From the IMG/VR virus record IMGVR_UViG_3300033821_000019, positions 1 through 64,000 of that record: 64,000 nt of DNA; one strand, written 5' to 3'. A model generated the notes under the pieces. The model made no database searches, was not told the origin of the DNA, and was given only the letters and a program-made list of their open reading frames with translations. Source of the DNA: a virus. The position numbers were made by a program, and so were the translations under genes. Below, one piece after another: positions 46,714 through 55,765 of the stretch (its first letter is position 1; each line of letters starts with the position of its first letter).

Positions 46714-48516
46714 TTACCACTTAGACCGAATCTGGTCAATCGTTGGAATAGGTGCCTTCTCTTCCTTCTTGACGACACTTTCCGTCTCCAAAAGCATACT
46801 GAAAATCTTCTCAGAGAATCCACCAACCAAATTCACCTTCTTTGTTGCCTCATTGACAGGCGTATCACCATAACCATGCAAGTTCACAGAATGCAGCCAA
46901 CAATTCGGATGCTTCTGTTTGAACTTCTGCCATTCGCCATTCAACGAACCGTCAAACCCGCCGTAGCCGTCATTCCAACACTGCATGTCGCTCAGAATGA
47001 TAACACGGTCTGGATTGACATTATTTTTCGCCATCCACTGCACACAGCGATGTGCGTTGGTTGAACAGCCATTGGTATCCGCCTTCTCCAATTTCTTAGA
47101 GATGTCAATAATGGTCGTGTTCTTTGTGTAGTGAACTTGTGCCACATCAGTACCGAAAGCGCACAAGAGAGCACTACCTTCAGAACGCTTTGCAATCATT
47201 CCAGCCAACACATTCGCAGCTTTCAGACACGTAATCTGGCTCTTGTCTGAAACCGGCGAAGTCATGGAACCGGAATTGTCGGCAAAAACAGCCGTCATTC
47301 CCGGCATTTCTGGAACATTCTGACAAGCCAAATCAATGGCATTTTCAATTGCTTCCAAAAGCTTCTGCTTGTGGCGCGGATTGGCCTTATCTTCCTTTTT
47401 TGGCTCTTCGTCGTAACTATAGCCATAAGGATTTGGCTGTCCTTCAACAGCGTCATAAGCAGCCACGAAGCGGAATGGAAGCTGACGGCTCTTCTTAACT
47501 TCTTCCGCGTCAGACAGCATGGCATAGACGCTTTCAATCGTTGCATCTGAAACATTAGCCGATGCCACATTGCGAAGGTTACGCAACATAGCCATATAGC
47601 CAAGAAGCTTTTCGGCAATCAGGTATTCCCAAACTGCCCGCTTGTTTTCACCGCTCTGGCCAAACTGAGACAAAACGACTTCCCAATTGGCCATTGACTG
47701 TGTGACCAATTCCCTAGCCTTATCGTCAAAAATCTTGCACTGCTTCAGGTCTTCACGTGCCGCAACGATTGGCAAAGCTGCCCTGTCAACTGTGCCGTGA
47801 GTCATGTACGTGCGGAGAGGCATCGGCAAAGGATAATCCTTCTTGCGATAAATCCAATGCAGAACATCCTTCCATTTCGGGAATTCGGAACTGTTGTACT
47901 TCAACAATCCACGCTCACCGAAATTATGAAGTGCATCAGCTAGACCACGGCTCAAACAATTCTTTAAGCACTTTGGGCCGAAAAAGAAACGATGCAGCAT
48001 CAAACACGTCTTGATTTCATCAGGACGGATTGCAACCTTTGGCATGTACTGACGGACAAACTGCTGTCCCTTTGGATGGATAGATGCCACAACCATAAGA
48101 ACTTGCGGTGTCAAACGGATGTTCATATCATTGCGCAACCAAGCTGCAATGCTGAACAAATCCTTCGGGTTTGGGCCATTCAAAATACTGATAGCTGCCG
48201 CAAGAATTTCTTGGGACACACTATCCAACTCAGGACAATCAACAAATTTCTTAATCTTTTCGCCTGCCATTTCAATGCGGGACACAAAATCTTCCGCATC
48301 CTTCCTGATGACGTTAGGATTTGGCTTCCAGACGTTATCATTGTAATACTTCGGCTCAGCGAAGAAAGCTCCCGCCGTCATAGTAATGAGCTTTACAGCA
48401 GGATTTTTGATTTCCCACGCAACACCGCCAGCACGGTTCACGCTGGCTCCCTTATCTTGGTTTTGGATGGAAGTAGAAACCGACTTGGCCTTCATTAATT
48501 TCTTCATCGTGCTCAT
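46714..48516 (-). CDS. Ro60/Rsr-like TROVE-domain RNA-binding protein with VWA domain
   Basis: NRAGG, LRNDMNIR, MAMLRNLRN, SRQLPFRF, MIDAS DNSGSM, ILSDMQ. Confidence 0.92.
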   Translation of the reverse strand: MSTMKKLMKAKSVSTSIQNQDKGASVNRAGGVAWEIKNPAVKLITMTAGAFFAEPKYYNDNVWKPNPNVIRKDAEDFVSRIEMAGEKIKKFVDCPELDSVSQEILAAAISILNGPNPKDLFSIAAWLRNDMNIRLTPQVLMVVASIHPKGQQFVRQYMPKVAIRPDEIKTCLMLHRFFFGPKCLKNCLSRGLADALHNFGERGLLKYNSSEFPKWKDVLHWIYRKKDYPLPMPLRTYMTHGTVDRAALPIVAAREDLKQCKIFDDKARELVTQSMANWEVVLSQFGQSGENKRAVWEYLIAEKLLGYMAMLRNLRNVASANVSDATIESVYAMLSDAEEVKKSRQLPFRFVAAYDAVEGQPNPYGYSYDEEPKKEDKANPRHKQKLLEAIENAIDLACQNVPEMPGMTAVFADNSGSMTSPVSDKSQITCLKAANVLAGMIAKRSEGSALLCAFGTDVAQVHYTKNTTIIDISKKLEKADTNGCSTNAHRCVQWMAKNNVNPDRVIILSDMQCWNDGYGGFDGSLNGEWQKFKQKHPNCWLHSVNLHGYGDTPVNEATKKVNLVGGFSEKIFSMLLETESVVKKEEKAPIPTIDQIRSKW

Positions 48517-48557
48517 ATTACATCTCCTTGTTGCGAAGTGTGCCTTAACAAGAATCC

Positions 48558-48628
48558 ATCAATCCCAAAAACTAAGACAGGCTGGTTTCGTTTATGATAG
48601 AAGTAAGCCGGTCTTGAAGTGGATTGAT
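48558..48628 (-). ncRNA. Structured RNA copy A upstream of Ro60 (Y-RNA-like candidate)
   Basis: AUCAAUCC/GGAUUGAU and AAGAC/GUCUU stems around the core GGCUUACUUC...GAAACCAGCC. Confidence 0.6.
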
Positions 48629-48655
48629 TTCAATTCTTGCCATTAAGCACCAATC

Positions 48656-48726
48656 TGCTAATACCGAAAAGTTTGGCTTGGCTGGTTTCATTCAGAGAAG
48701 TAAGCCATGCCAGAAGCGTATCAGCA
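48656..48726 (-). ncRNA. Structured RNA copy B upstream of Ro60 (Y-RNA-like candidate)
   Basis: UGCUGAUAC/GUAUUAGCA and UGGC/GCCA stems with the same core; a G-U pair favours the minus strand. Confidence 0.6.
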
Positions 48727-48731
48727 TTATG

Positions 48732-48759
48732 ATAATACACGCAAGAATGAACTTTTCAA
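48732..48759 (-). promoter_or_regulatory. Sigma70-like promoter for the RNA-RNA-Ro60 unit
   Basis: TTGAAA-N16-TATTAT; predicted start falls at about the 5' end of copy B. Confidence 0.55.
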
Positions 48760-48786
48760 GAAGAAAATTGAAAAATTTCGCTTTTT

Positions 48787-49053
48787 CTAAAACTGCGGTT
48801 TTTGCTCTGCAACCCGTGTAATAGTGCCATCTGGACCTATTTTATCTTCTTTGCCTACATGGTATTTAACCTGTATCAATTCGGCTGTCAAAGAGAAAAT
48901 TTTCTGTGCGTTCTCGATGTCCTTTTTTAGTTCTTCAAGCCGTTTTCCTGCTTCACGATATCTTGCCCAATCTTCAGGCGACACTCCTTCTCTGCCTGCT
49001 ACTCCCGGCAGTCCTTCATTGTGTCCTCTTTTATCTTCATCTTTGTAATCCAT
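48787..49053 (-). CDS. Hypothetical protein
   Basis: 88 aa, AAGGAG RBS. Confidence 0.6.
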   Translation of the reverse strand: MDYKDEDKRGHNEGLPGVAGREGVSPEDWARYREAGKRLEELKKDIENAQKIFSLTAELIQVKYHVGKEDKIGPDGTITRVAEQKPQF

Positions 49054-49174
49054 CGGGCGTCTCCTTTTTCATTAATGGGACAGTGGGACAAAAATATCTC
49101 ACAACTTTTTCACTCTGCATTATACAATAGAACTATATGGGCTTGAACGCAATTCCGATATGGTGGATTCACTC

Positions 49175-49188
49175 ATAATTTTCTTATA
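49175..49188 (+). promoter_or_regulatory. Putative late promoter motif on the + strand (ATAATTTTCTTATA)
   Basis: The motif switches strand together with the downstream + strand genes. Confidence 0.55.
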
Positions 49189-49241
49189 GATGGTCAACCA
49201 CAGAGAGTCTTTTTCTTCTCACCATTTTGAGGGACAAACGT

Positions 49242-50354
49242 ATGCAAGCCGACAATAAAGACAACAATAAAGACAATCGAATCAGACTCAACACAGAAGA
49301 AATGGAACTAATTAAATTGTATCGTGAAACTGGAACAATACCCGACACCTATGTTATTAATTCAGATTTAAACGTCAACAAGCTTCGCGGTAAACATGCG
49401 GAGCTTCAGCGCAGATATAAGACCACGCTAGAAGAATTAGAGCACGCCAACATTCAAATCAACACTTTGATTGATTTGAAAGATGTTAAAATCGAAAAGA
49501 TGGTTTTTGGTGAACAGCACAAGGGACAGACCGGCAACGCTACTGCTGTCATGGTTGCCTCTGATTGGCATCTTGAAGAAAAAGTAGAGCCAGCACAAGT
49601 CAGTGGCAAGAATCAATACAACATACAAATTGCTGCTAAACGTGCTACTAAATTCTTTGAAAAAGGTTTGTTTTTGACAAATCTTATTCGCCAAGGAATC
49701 AAAATCAACAGGCTCGTATTAGCTCTGCTTGGCGATTTCATTTCTGGTTATATCCACGAAGAATTGATGGAAGATAATCAATTAAGCCCAACAGAAGCCA
49801 TTCTTTTCTGCAAGAAGATTTTAATTTCCGGCATTGAAAAGCTGATAGAAGACGGCGACTTTGAAGAAATCATTATTCCTTGCTGCTATGGTAACCACGG
49901 CAGAACAGGGCAAAAGATGAAAATTTCCACCGGCTATAAGAATAGTTTTGAATGGTTAATGTATAAGGATTTGGAAACATACTTCCAAAAAGAAAAGAGA
50001 GTAAAGATTGTCGTCGCTAATGGTTATCATAACACCATCAATCTTTATGGCAAATATCCAATAAGATTCCACCATGGCGATTCTATCAAATATGGTGGTG
50101 GTATTGGCGGCATCACAGTACCCGCTAATAGGGGAATTGCGCAGTGGAATACCCAAGGCGCAGTATATATAGATTGTTTTGCTCATTTCCATCAGTTTAT
50201 AGACAATGGTAATTTTATTTGTAATGGTTCGTTGATAGGTTACAATGCTTTTGCCAATTCCATCAAGGCTCCATTTGAGGAACCCAAACAAACCTTTTTT
50301 GTAATAGACGCTGATAGAGGTAAAATTTTGACAGCACCTATTTTTGTAGAGTAA
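49242..50354 (+). CDS. Calcineurin-like metallophosphoesterase
   Basis: SDWH, LGD, GNHG, HHGD, AHFH motifs. Confidence 0.85.
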   Translation: MQADNKDNNKDNRIRLNTEEMELIKLYRETGTIPDTYVINSDLNVNKLRGKHAELQRRYKTTLEELEHANIQINTLIDLKDVKIEKMVFGEQHKGQTGNATAVMVASDWHLEEKVEPAQVSGKNQYNIQIAAKRATKFFEKGLFLTNLIRQGIKINRLVLALLGDFISGYIHEELMEDNQLSPTEAILFCKKILISGIEKLIEDGDFEEIIIPCCYGNHGRTGQKMKISTGYKNSFEWLMYKDLETYFQKEKRVKIVVANGYHNTINLYGKYPIRFHHGDSIKYGGGIGGITVPANRGIAQWNTQGAVYIDCFAHFHQFIDNGNFICNGSLIGYNAFANSIKAPFEEPKQTFFVIDADRGKILTAPIFVE

Positions 50355-50365
50355 GGGATACTCAT

Positions 50366-50944
50366 ATGCCATATAAAGACCCACAAAAAGAAAAACTCAG
50401 GCAAAAAAAAAGAAAGGAAACTCCTCAATATAAAGAGTGGTTACACAATTATTTAAAAGAATATAGAAAAACTACAAAATATAAACAAAGTCGTCAATCA
50501 TATCTAAACTCTAAATCTGGCAAAGCTGTTATAAAAAAAGCCAAAGCAAAATATCGCAGTTGTGAAGCAAATCGTAAAAAAGAAATAGAAACTGGACGAA
50601 GATACAGAGAAAAAAATAGAGAATTGATTAATAAAAAATCACGACTTAGAGGAAGAATAGTGCGTTTAAAAAAACGCGGATTGACAAAGCAATCTTATAA
50701 GAATATCCTACTTTCACAAAATAACTTATGTGCACTATGTTATAAGCCATTCACTAAAAACAATAAACCTTGCATGGACCATTGCCATTTAACAAACAAA
50801 TTTCGTGGCTTACTTCACAACCAATGCAATTTATTATTAGGCATAGCAAAAGATTCAACTGAGCTATTGTCAAATGCAATAAAATATTTGAAAAAAACAT
50901 CAACCACAAACCAAGGACAAAAATATGAAAAAGTTATTAGTTAG
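50366..50944 (+). CDS. Endonuclease VII-like HNH endonuclease
   Basis: QNNLCALC...DHCH...RGLLHNQCNLLLG. Confidence 0.88.
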   Translation: MPYKDPQKEKLRQKKRKETPQYKEWLHNYLKEYRKTTKYKQSRQSYLNSKSGKAVIKKAKAKYRSCEANRKKEIETGRRYREKNRELINKKSRLRGRIVRLKKRGLTKQSYKNILLSQNNLCALCYKPFTKNNKPCMDHCHLTNKFRGLLHNQCNLLLGIAKDSTELLSNAIKYLKKTSTTNQGQKYEKVIS

Positions 50945-51224
50945 TATATCTGTTGTATGTATTATCGGCTTGTCTGGTTGTGCAGAAACAAAAAGAGTAG
51001 CAAGAGAAACGCACACCATGACAGCAGTATTTTCCGCTCAAGTAAAGGCTGGTAAAACAACAAGAGAACAAGAGCAGAAATTTATCTATGCCATGAAGGA
51101 TGTAACCGCTACGCTAGACGCTTCTATTAGAGGAACGAAAGCAGCAACCAAAACCACACAAGAAGCAGAAGCAATGGCTGCTGGCATTGACGTAACTAAA
51201 CCAGCCAATTTGGACGGCAAGTAG
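50925..51224 (+). CDS. Small lipoprotein
   Basis: MKKLLVSISVVCIIGLSG-C lipobox. Confidence 0.7.
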   Translation: MKKLLVSISVVCIIGLSGCAETKRVARETHTMTAVFSAQVKAGKTTREQEQKFIYAMKDVTATLDASIRGTKAATKTTQEAEAMAAGIDVTKPANLDGK

Positions 51225-51227
51225 ATT

Positions 51228-51485
51228 TTATTCTTTAATAAGTTCGCGGTTAAATACAGGCAATTCACCATCTGCCTGTATTTCGACAGAAGTAGAATCG
51301 AGTTGAACTGTTACCAAACCTTGATTTAATTTATCTACAGCTATAACAATTCCGATTGGGTAACCATTAGCATATACCACTTCGCCGATATTCATTGTTG
51401 GTGGATTGACTACTTGAACCACGCTTGTTGAAATTTCAATATTGTTTGGTCCACAAGCACACATAATCATTCTATAGCAAACCAA
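51228..51485 (-). CDS. Hypothetical protein
   Basis: Beta-rich small ORF; start uncertain. Confidence 0.5.
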   Translation of the reverse strand: MVCYRMIMCACGPNNIEISTSVVQVVNPPTMNIGEVVYANGYPIGIVIAVDKLNQGLVTVQLDSTSVEIQADGELPVFNRELIKE

Positions 51486-51894
51486 TGAGAATCTTGATTA
51501 TCGCTGGTGCCACACTAGCAATCAAGAAAGTCTTGGCAGCAGCTTCAAACTTATCCCTATCTTTATTGTACTCGTCAAGCGTCATATAATTCTGGTTCAT
51601 TCTGGCAATAATGTCATCAGCAGTCATGTTCTTTGCCAAGAGGTTAAATGCCTCTTCTTCTTTTCTTTCAAAAATAAGCACCAAGAAATCCTTGAACAAA
51701 TCTTTGCCGATATGAATAAGAAGTGTCTTATTGTCTTTGAAAAAGCTGATGAAATCCAGGGCTAGAGTGGTCTTAATTACTTGACCACCAATTTCGAATT
51801 GAATAGTGCCGGAACTTGCGGCATTAAAGTAAGTAATAAGATTGTCTACCCAATCCGTTGAAGCATCTCTGACGCTTATATTTTGAGAATCCAT
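51472..51894 (-). CDS. Hypothetical protein with hydrophobic C-terminus
   Basis: 140 aa, AAGGAG RBS. Confidence 0.65.
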   Translation of the reverse strand: MDSQNISVRDASTDWVDNLITYFNAASSGTIQFEIGGQVIKTTLALDFISFFKDNKTLLIHIGKDLFKDFLVLIFERKEEEAFNLLAKNMTADDIIARMNQNYMTLDEYNKDRDKFEAAAKTFLIASVAPAIIKILIGLL

Positions 51895-51911
51895 CTGTTT
51901 TATATTCTCCT

Positions 51912-52163
51912 TTAAGGCTTGAGCATTTCCATAATATCTTCGATAGCACCTTGGGCATTTTGATACCTTGATGCTATGCGGTGAATGTATGGTATATCAG
52001 AGTATTGGTCTAGTTTACCAAAAGCGTCATCAAGAACAAGACGGGCCTTGGCAAATTCGTTGCGAGCCACAGCAGCATCTTCACGAGTATATGGTTTGCC
52101 TTTGAAGCCCATAAGCATTTTAGCCGCCTTAACCAATTCTCTAGCCACACGCATTCTGTTCAT
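51912..52163 (-). CDS. Tagged small protein
   Basis: MNRMRVARELVKAAKMLMG. Confidence 0.7.
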   Translation of the reverse strand: MNRMRVARELVKAAKMLMGFKGKPYTREDAAVARNEFAKARLVLDDAFGKLDQYSDIPYIHRIASRYQNAQGAIEDIMEMLKP

Positions 52164-52173
52164 GATATGTCCC

Positions 52174-52380
52174 TTATTTTTTACCTCTCAAACTTGCATC
52201 CCCTTCGTAAGCTTTTTTGATGTTTTTGACCATGATGGAAGCTCTGACGCGACTAATATTTTTTTGTTGCATTTTGTCGGCGCAAGAGGCACAGACAGTA
52301 CGCATCTGGTCAACAGTAATCCATTCGTTGTCCAGAAGACTTGCTATTTTGTTTAATTCGGTAAGAACTTTGGGGTTCAT
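52174..52380 (-). CDS. Small protein with degenerate tag and CxxC
   Basis: MNPKVLTELNKIASLL; GAGGAG RBS. Confidence 0.65.
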   Translation of the reverse strand: MNPKVLTELNKIASLLDNEWITVDQMRTVCASCADKMQQKNISRVRASIMVKNIKKAYEGDASLRGKK

Positions 52381-52416
52381 AATACTCTCCTCAACCACAA
52401 TCCACTATAAGGAGAG

Positions 52417-52430
52417 TATAAAAAAACTAT
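52417..52430 (-). promoter_or_regulatory. Putative late promoter motif (ATAGTTTTTTTATA)
   Basis: Upstream of tagged genes 52380 and 52163. Confidence 0.55.
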
Positions 52431-53476
52431 TAGTGGCTAGTCAAATCCCAAAGAAAACTAGTTAAAGTACGGGGATTTTTAGCTAAATTGTCTAATCTCT
52501 TCACTGCCGCATAATGTGCCTTAAGGTCTTCTCTCTGTCTCTCTGTAAGATTTTCTTCCGGCTCTGTAAAAATGGGGGCAGAATATCTAGATTCTTTAAC
52601 TTCCTTTTTCCCTTCTGCATCCTTATTAGCAATACTTTTCCTAACTTTTTCTACAAAAGCCTCATCAGGAACACCGTAATTCTTGTGGAGAACTTCAACA
52701 AGAGTTTCTACCACAGGGGCTTCGGCAGTTTGTTCTGCTGGTTTAATAGTTTCAATTACTTTTGTTGGCACTTCAACAATTGGTTCAGCACTGATTACAA
52801 CTTCCGATTTTACGGCAGATTTTTGATTCTTCTTTTCGCAAAATTGTCCATAGTGTTTCCTGCAATAACCCTTACCATGATGTTTGTCTGTGCAACCTTC
52901 AATAGAGCATGTTCTAATTGCTGTTTTCATAGGCTTTTTATTAACGGATACTTCTTCAACAATCATTTGTTTAACAGGCTTTTTTGCAGATACTTTGGCA
53001 GGCTTATTCTCATAATGTTTCCTACAATAGCCTTTAGCATGATGTTTGTCTGTGCAACCTTCAACAGAACATGTTTTGACGGGACTATCCTTCATACTCC
53101 GATAATGTTTCTTGCAATAGCCCTTCGCATGATGCTTGGTCTTACAGCCACGAATTAAGCACTTCTTTTTTGCCTGCTTCCCAATGGTATCTTTTTTGTC
53201 TTTTTTGTCTGTAGGAATGTCGCTATGCTCCGATTGTGAAGGCACATCTTCCGGCGATACCTTATCCATATCAACATGCGGTATGTTTTTGACTATAGTA
53301 TTATCTTCCTTAACTGATTTGTCACACAACATGATTTTATGTTTGGAGATTCTTTTGAAGCTACGGTTAATGGTCTGTAGATTTTTGAGATAATCGGTAG
53401 CATTACTCATTGTAAGCCTCACTCGATAAAATGGGTTGACAAATCGCTCATCCACTTCCACAAAGGCCATCATCAT
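52430..53476 (-). CDS. Protein with three C-x4-C...C-x2-H zinc-finger repeats
   Basis: CLIRGCKTKHHAKGYCKKHY, CSVEGCTDKHHAKGYCRKHY, CSIEGCTDKHHGKGYCRKHY; start uncertain. Confidence 0.75.
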   Translation of the reverse strand: MMMAFVEVDERFVNPFYRVRLTMSNATDYLKNLQTINRSFKRISKHKIMLCDKSVKEDNTIVKNIPHVDMDKVSPEDVPSQSEHSDIPTDKKDKKDTIGKQAKKKCLIRGCKTKHHAKGYCKKHYRSMKDSPVKTCSVEGCTDKHHAKGYCRKHYENKPAKVSAKKPVKQMIVEEVSVNKKPMKTAIRTCSIEGCTDKHHGKGYCRKHYGQFCEKKNQKSAVKSEVVISAEPIVEVPTKVIETIKPAEQTAEAPVVETLVEVLHKNYGVPDEAFVEKVRKSIANKDAEGKKEVKESRYSAPIFTEPEENLTERQREDLKAHYAAVKRLDNLAKNPRTLTSFLWDLTSH

Positions 53477-53499
53477 TGTACCACAAAGCCATTCTGTTT

Positions 53500-54048
53500 T
53501 TATTTTTTGCCCTCAGATGGTTCATTAACAATGCAGTAAGGACACACAAGCTTACCATTCAAAGGACCATGTGTTATCTTGATATAATGCATAAAACACT
53601 TAGGACAGTTATAGTCATACTGTTGACCATATACCCCGCGCGTAATGAACCAAAAATCATTATTTTCTATGACTTTATCTTCTAAATCTTCATTGCATGA
53701 AGCGGCCACTAAAGCCAAAGCCTCTGGTGGTGATTTGTGTTGAAAATGTGGCACTTCCCAAAAAGGATGATTGTTGCATGTAGAAATGAGGTAATAGTAT
53801 CCTCTTTGAATAATGAACGTATGATAGTTACAAGACGGGAAAGACAATTGAGTGGTTGACTTAATTATACCGTCCTTGATTTGCTGTTTAATTATTGCTT
53901 TTAGCTCTTCGTTCTGTCCATCTTCTTCATGTCCATCACGAAAAGGAATCATAGCTAAAGCCACATCTGCTGTGCTCTTGTAGAACTCCAAAGGCACAGA
54001 AAATGAAGTGGAACTGCTGTTACTGACAAAACCACGCCTGATTTTCAT
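53500..54048 (-). CDS. GFVSNSSS-motif protein 1
   Basis: MKIRRGFVSNSSSTSF (GGAGG RBS); C-terminal CPKC...CPYC. Confidence 0.75.
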   Translation of the reverse strand: MKIRRGFVSNSSSTSFSVPLEFYKSTADVALAMIPFRDGHEEDGQNEELKAIIKQQIKDGIIKSTTQLSFPSCNYHTFIIQRGYYYLISTCNNHPFWEVPHFQHKSPPEALALVAASCNEDLEDKVIENNDFWFITRGVYGQQYDYNCPKCFMHYIKITHGPLNGKLVCPYCIVNEPSEGKK

Positions 54049-54058
54049 ACTGTCCTCC

Positions 54059-54589
54059 CTAGTGATGGTTAAGTCTGAAATGCACCAATTCCTGAAAAAT
54101 GTCACCATGTTCCATAAAAGAATTTAATTCACAACCATCGTTGTCAGAGTAATGAAACTTGAAGAAGCGATTAAAGTCATATACTTTGAGTAGCTGTTTG
54201 AATACTGTTTTGGCAACATCATCTCTACATTTGGCACGCTTTTCAAGATATTTCTGCATGGCATTTTGTGTGTCTTGGGCAAAGTCCCAATCAGGCATAA
54301 GACATCTTTCGGTGAATCCATGTTTCACTGCTTCTTCTGAAGGTTCCAACATACCATTTGTCAATTCATCCAAAAGCTCTTTGCGACTCTTAACCCGGCC
54401 TTCTTTCATATCTCTCATGACAACGAAAGCTATCTCTTTTGTAGAGTAAACATTGTTATAGCCAACGTACAATTTATCCCCAAACAGAAGCCTCTCCATT
54501 TCGGCTACTGTTTTAGGAAGCTCTTTTGGGAACACCACCACAAAAGAGCTTGAACTACTATTGCTGACAAAACCGTTTCTAGTTTTCAT
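54059..54589 (-). CDS. GFVSNSSS-motif protein 2
   Basis: MKTRNGFVSNSSSSSF...YSDNDG...MEHGDIF..LVH.R.NHH. Confidence 0.8.
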   Translation of the reverse strand: MKTRNGFVSNSSSSSFVVVFPKELPKTVAEMERLLFGDKLYVGYNNVYSTKEIAFVVMRDMKEGRVKSRKELLDELTNGMLEPSEEAVKHGFTERCLMPDWDFAQDTQNAMQKYLEKRAKCRDDVAKTVFKQLLKVYDFNRFFKFHYSDNDGCELNSFMEHGDIFQELVHFRLNHH

Positions 54590-54593
54590 AGCC

Positions 54594-55181
54594 CTAGTGT
54601 TTTGAAATCCTTATGTGTGGAATTTTGTTAAAAATTTCGCCATGCTCCATTGTGGCACCCAACTGACCGTCTTCGTCAGCGTATTCAACTTTATACATAT
54701 GTTCTAATGGCCACTTCTTCAAAAGCTTGTTGGAAATCTCTTTGGCAAAAGCCGTGTCTTTCTCGTCCACATTTTTCCAAAACGCTTCTCTCTCTTCTTC
54801 TGTTCCATCAGCCACTTCTTCCGTGTCGTATTCAGGCTCTTTTATCTTGCCTAGTACGGGTTCATTCTCTGGCTCATCGCCAACAACACCATTTTTCAAA
54901 ATCTCGGCGAGCATTTCAAAAGATGTGATTTTACCGCATTCTCTACTGTGGTCTTTAATTTGTTCACCTTGCAAGTTCCTAAAAACAATGGCGGCAATTT
55001 CCTTGGTAGAGAATTTAATCGCTTCAGAATTAGGATGGTTGTCGTTGTACGGATAATCTATATACAACTGGTCGCCAAACAATAGTTCTTCCGTTTCCTT
55101 GACGCTCCCCGGCAATTTGGGAAGTACAAGGATGAACGCACTTGAGCTACTGTTGCTGACAAAACCATGCCTCTGTTTCAT
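54594..55181 (-). CDS. GFVSNSSS-motif protein 3
   Basis: MKQRHGFVSNSSSSAF...YADEDG..G.TMEHGEIFNKIPHIRISKH. Confidence 0.8.
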   Translation of the reverse strand: MKQRHGFVSNSSSSAFILVLPKLPGSVKETEELLFGDQLYIDYPYNDNHPNSEAIKFSTKEIAAIVFRNLQGEQIKDHSRECGKITSFEMLAEILKNGVVGDEPENEPVLGKIKEPEYDTEEVADGTEEEREAFWKNVDEKDTAFAKEISNKLLKKWPLEHMYKVEYADEDGQLGATMEHGEIFNKIPHIRISKH

Positions 55182-55183
55182 GA

Positions 55184-55753
55184 CTAGTGTTTTGAAATCC
55201 TTATGTGCGGAATTTTGTTAAAAATTTCGCCATGCTCCATTGTAGAACCCAAATCGCCATCTTCATCAGCATATTCTACACGATAAAGGTGCTTCAAAGG
55301 CCACTTCTTCAAAATCTTCTTTGCAACTTTGTCAGCAAACTCATCCATAGCCTTGTCATGTTCCTTATATCGTTTGTCTCTATCTGCATCCGTTTCATTT
55401 GGGTCATAATTCCATTCCATTTTAGGTGCTACAATACCTTCATATTTATTTAACCAACCATCCCGCACGATATTTTCCAAATCGTGAATAGTCTCTATGT
55501 GACCAGCATCATCATGCCTAGAAAGTGGCAAGGCTGGCGGCTTATGTGTGATATCATGAAGAACAATAGCCGCAATCTCCTTGGTGGAAAACTTCTCGCA
55601 AGCAGGATGAAGGTCTTTATACGGATGTTCCACATAAAGCTCGTCGCCAAATAGCAGTTCTTCCATTTCCTTGACAATTTCCGGTACTTTCGGAAAGACA
55701 AGGATGAATGCGCTTGAGCTACTGTTACTGACAAAGCCATGTCGCTGTTTCAT
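55184..55753 (-). CDS. GFVSNSSS-motif protein 4
   Basis: Same N- and C-termini as protein 3 with a divergent middle. Confidence 0.8.
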   Translation of the reverse strand: MKQRHGFVSNSSSSAFILVFPKVPEIVKEMEELLFGDELYVEHPYKDLHPACEKFSTKEIAAIVLHDITHKPPALPLSRHDDAGHIETIHDLENIVRDGWLNKYEGIVAPKMEWNYDPNETDADRDKRYKEHDKAMDEFADKVAKKILKKWPLKHLYRVEYADEDGDLGSTMEHGEIFNKIPHIRISKH

Positions 55754-55765
55754 TCTTGCAATCCT

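Noticed and set aside
48558-48726. Twin repeats considered as a mini-CRISPR or tRNAs
   Set aside because: Only two units, conservation is structural, and there is no cloverleaf, T-loop or CCA.
54059-55753. Diversity-generating retroelement behind the paralog repeats
   Set aside because: No reverse transcriptase in the window and the differences are not adenine-specific.
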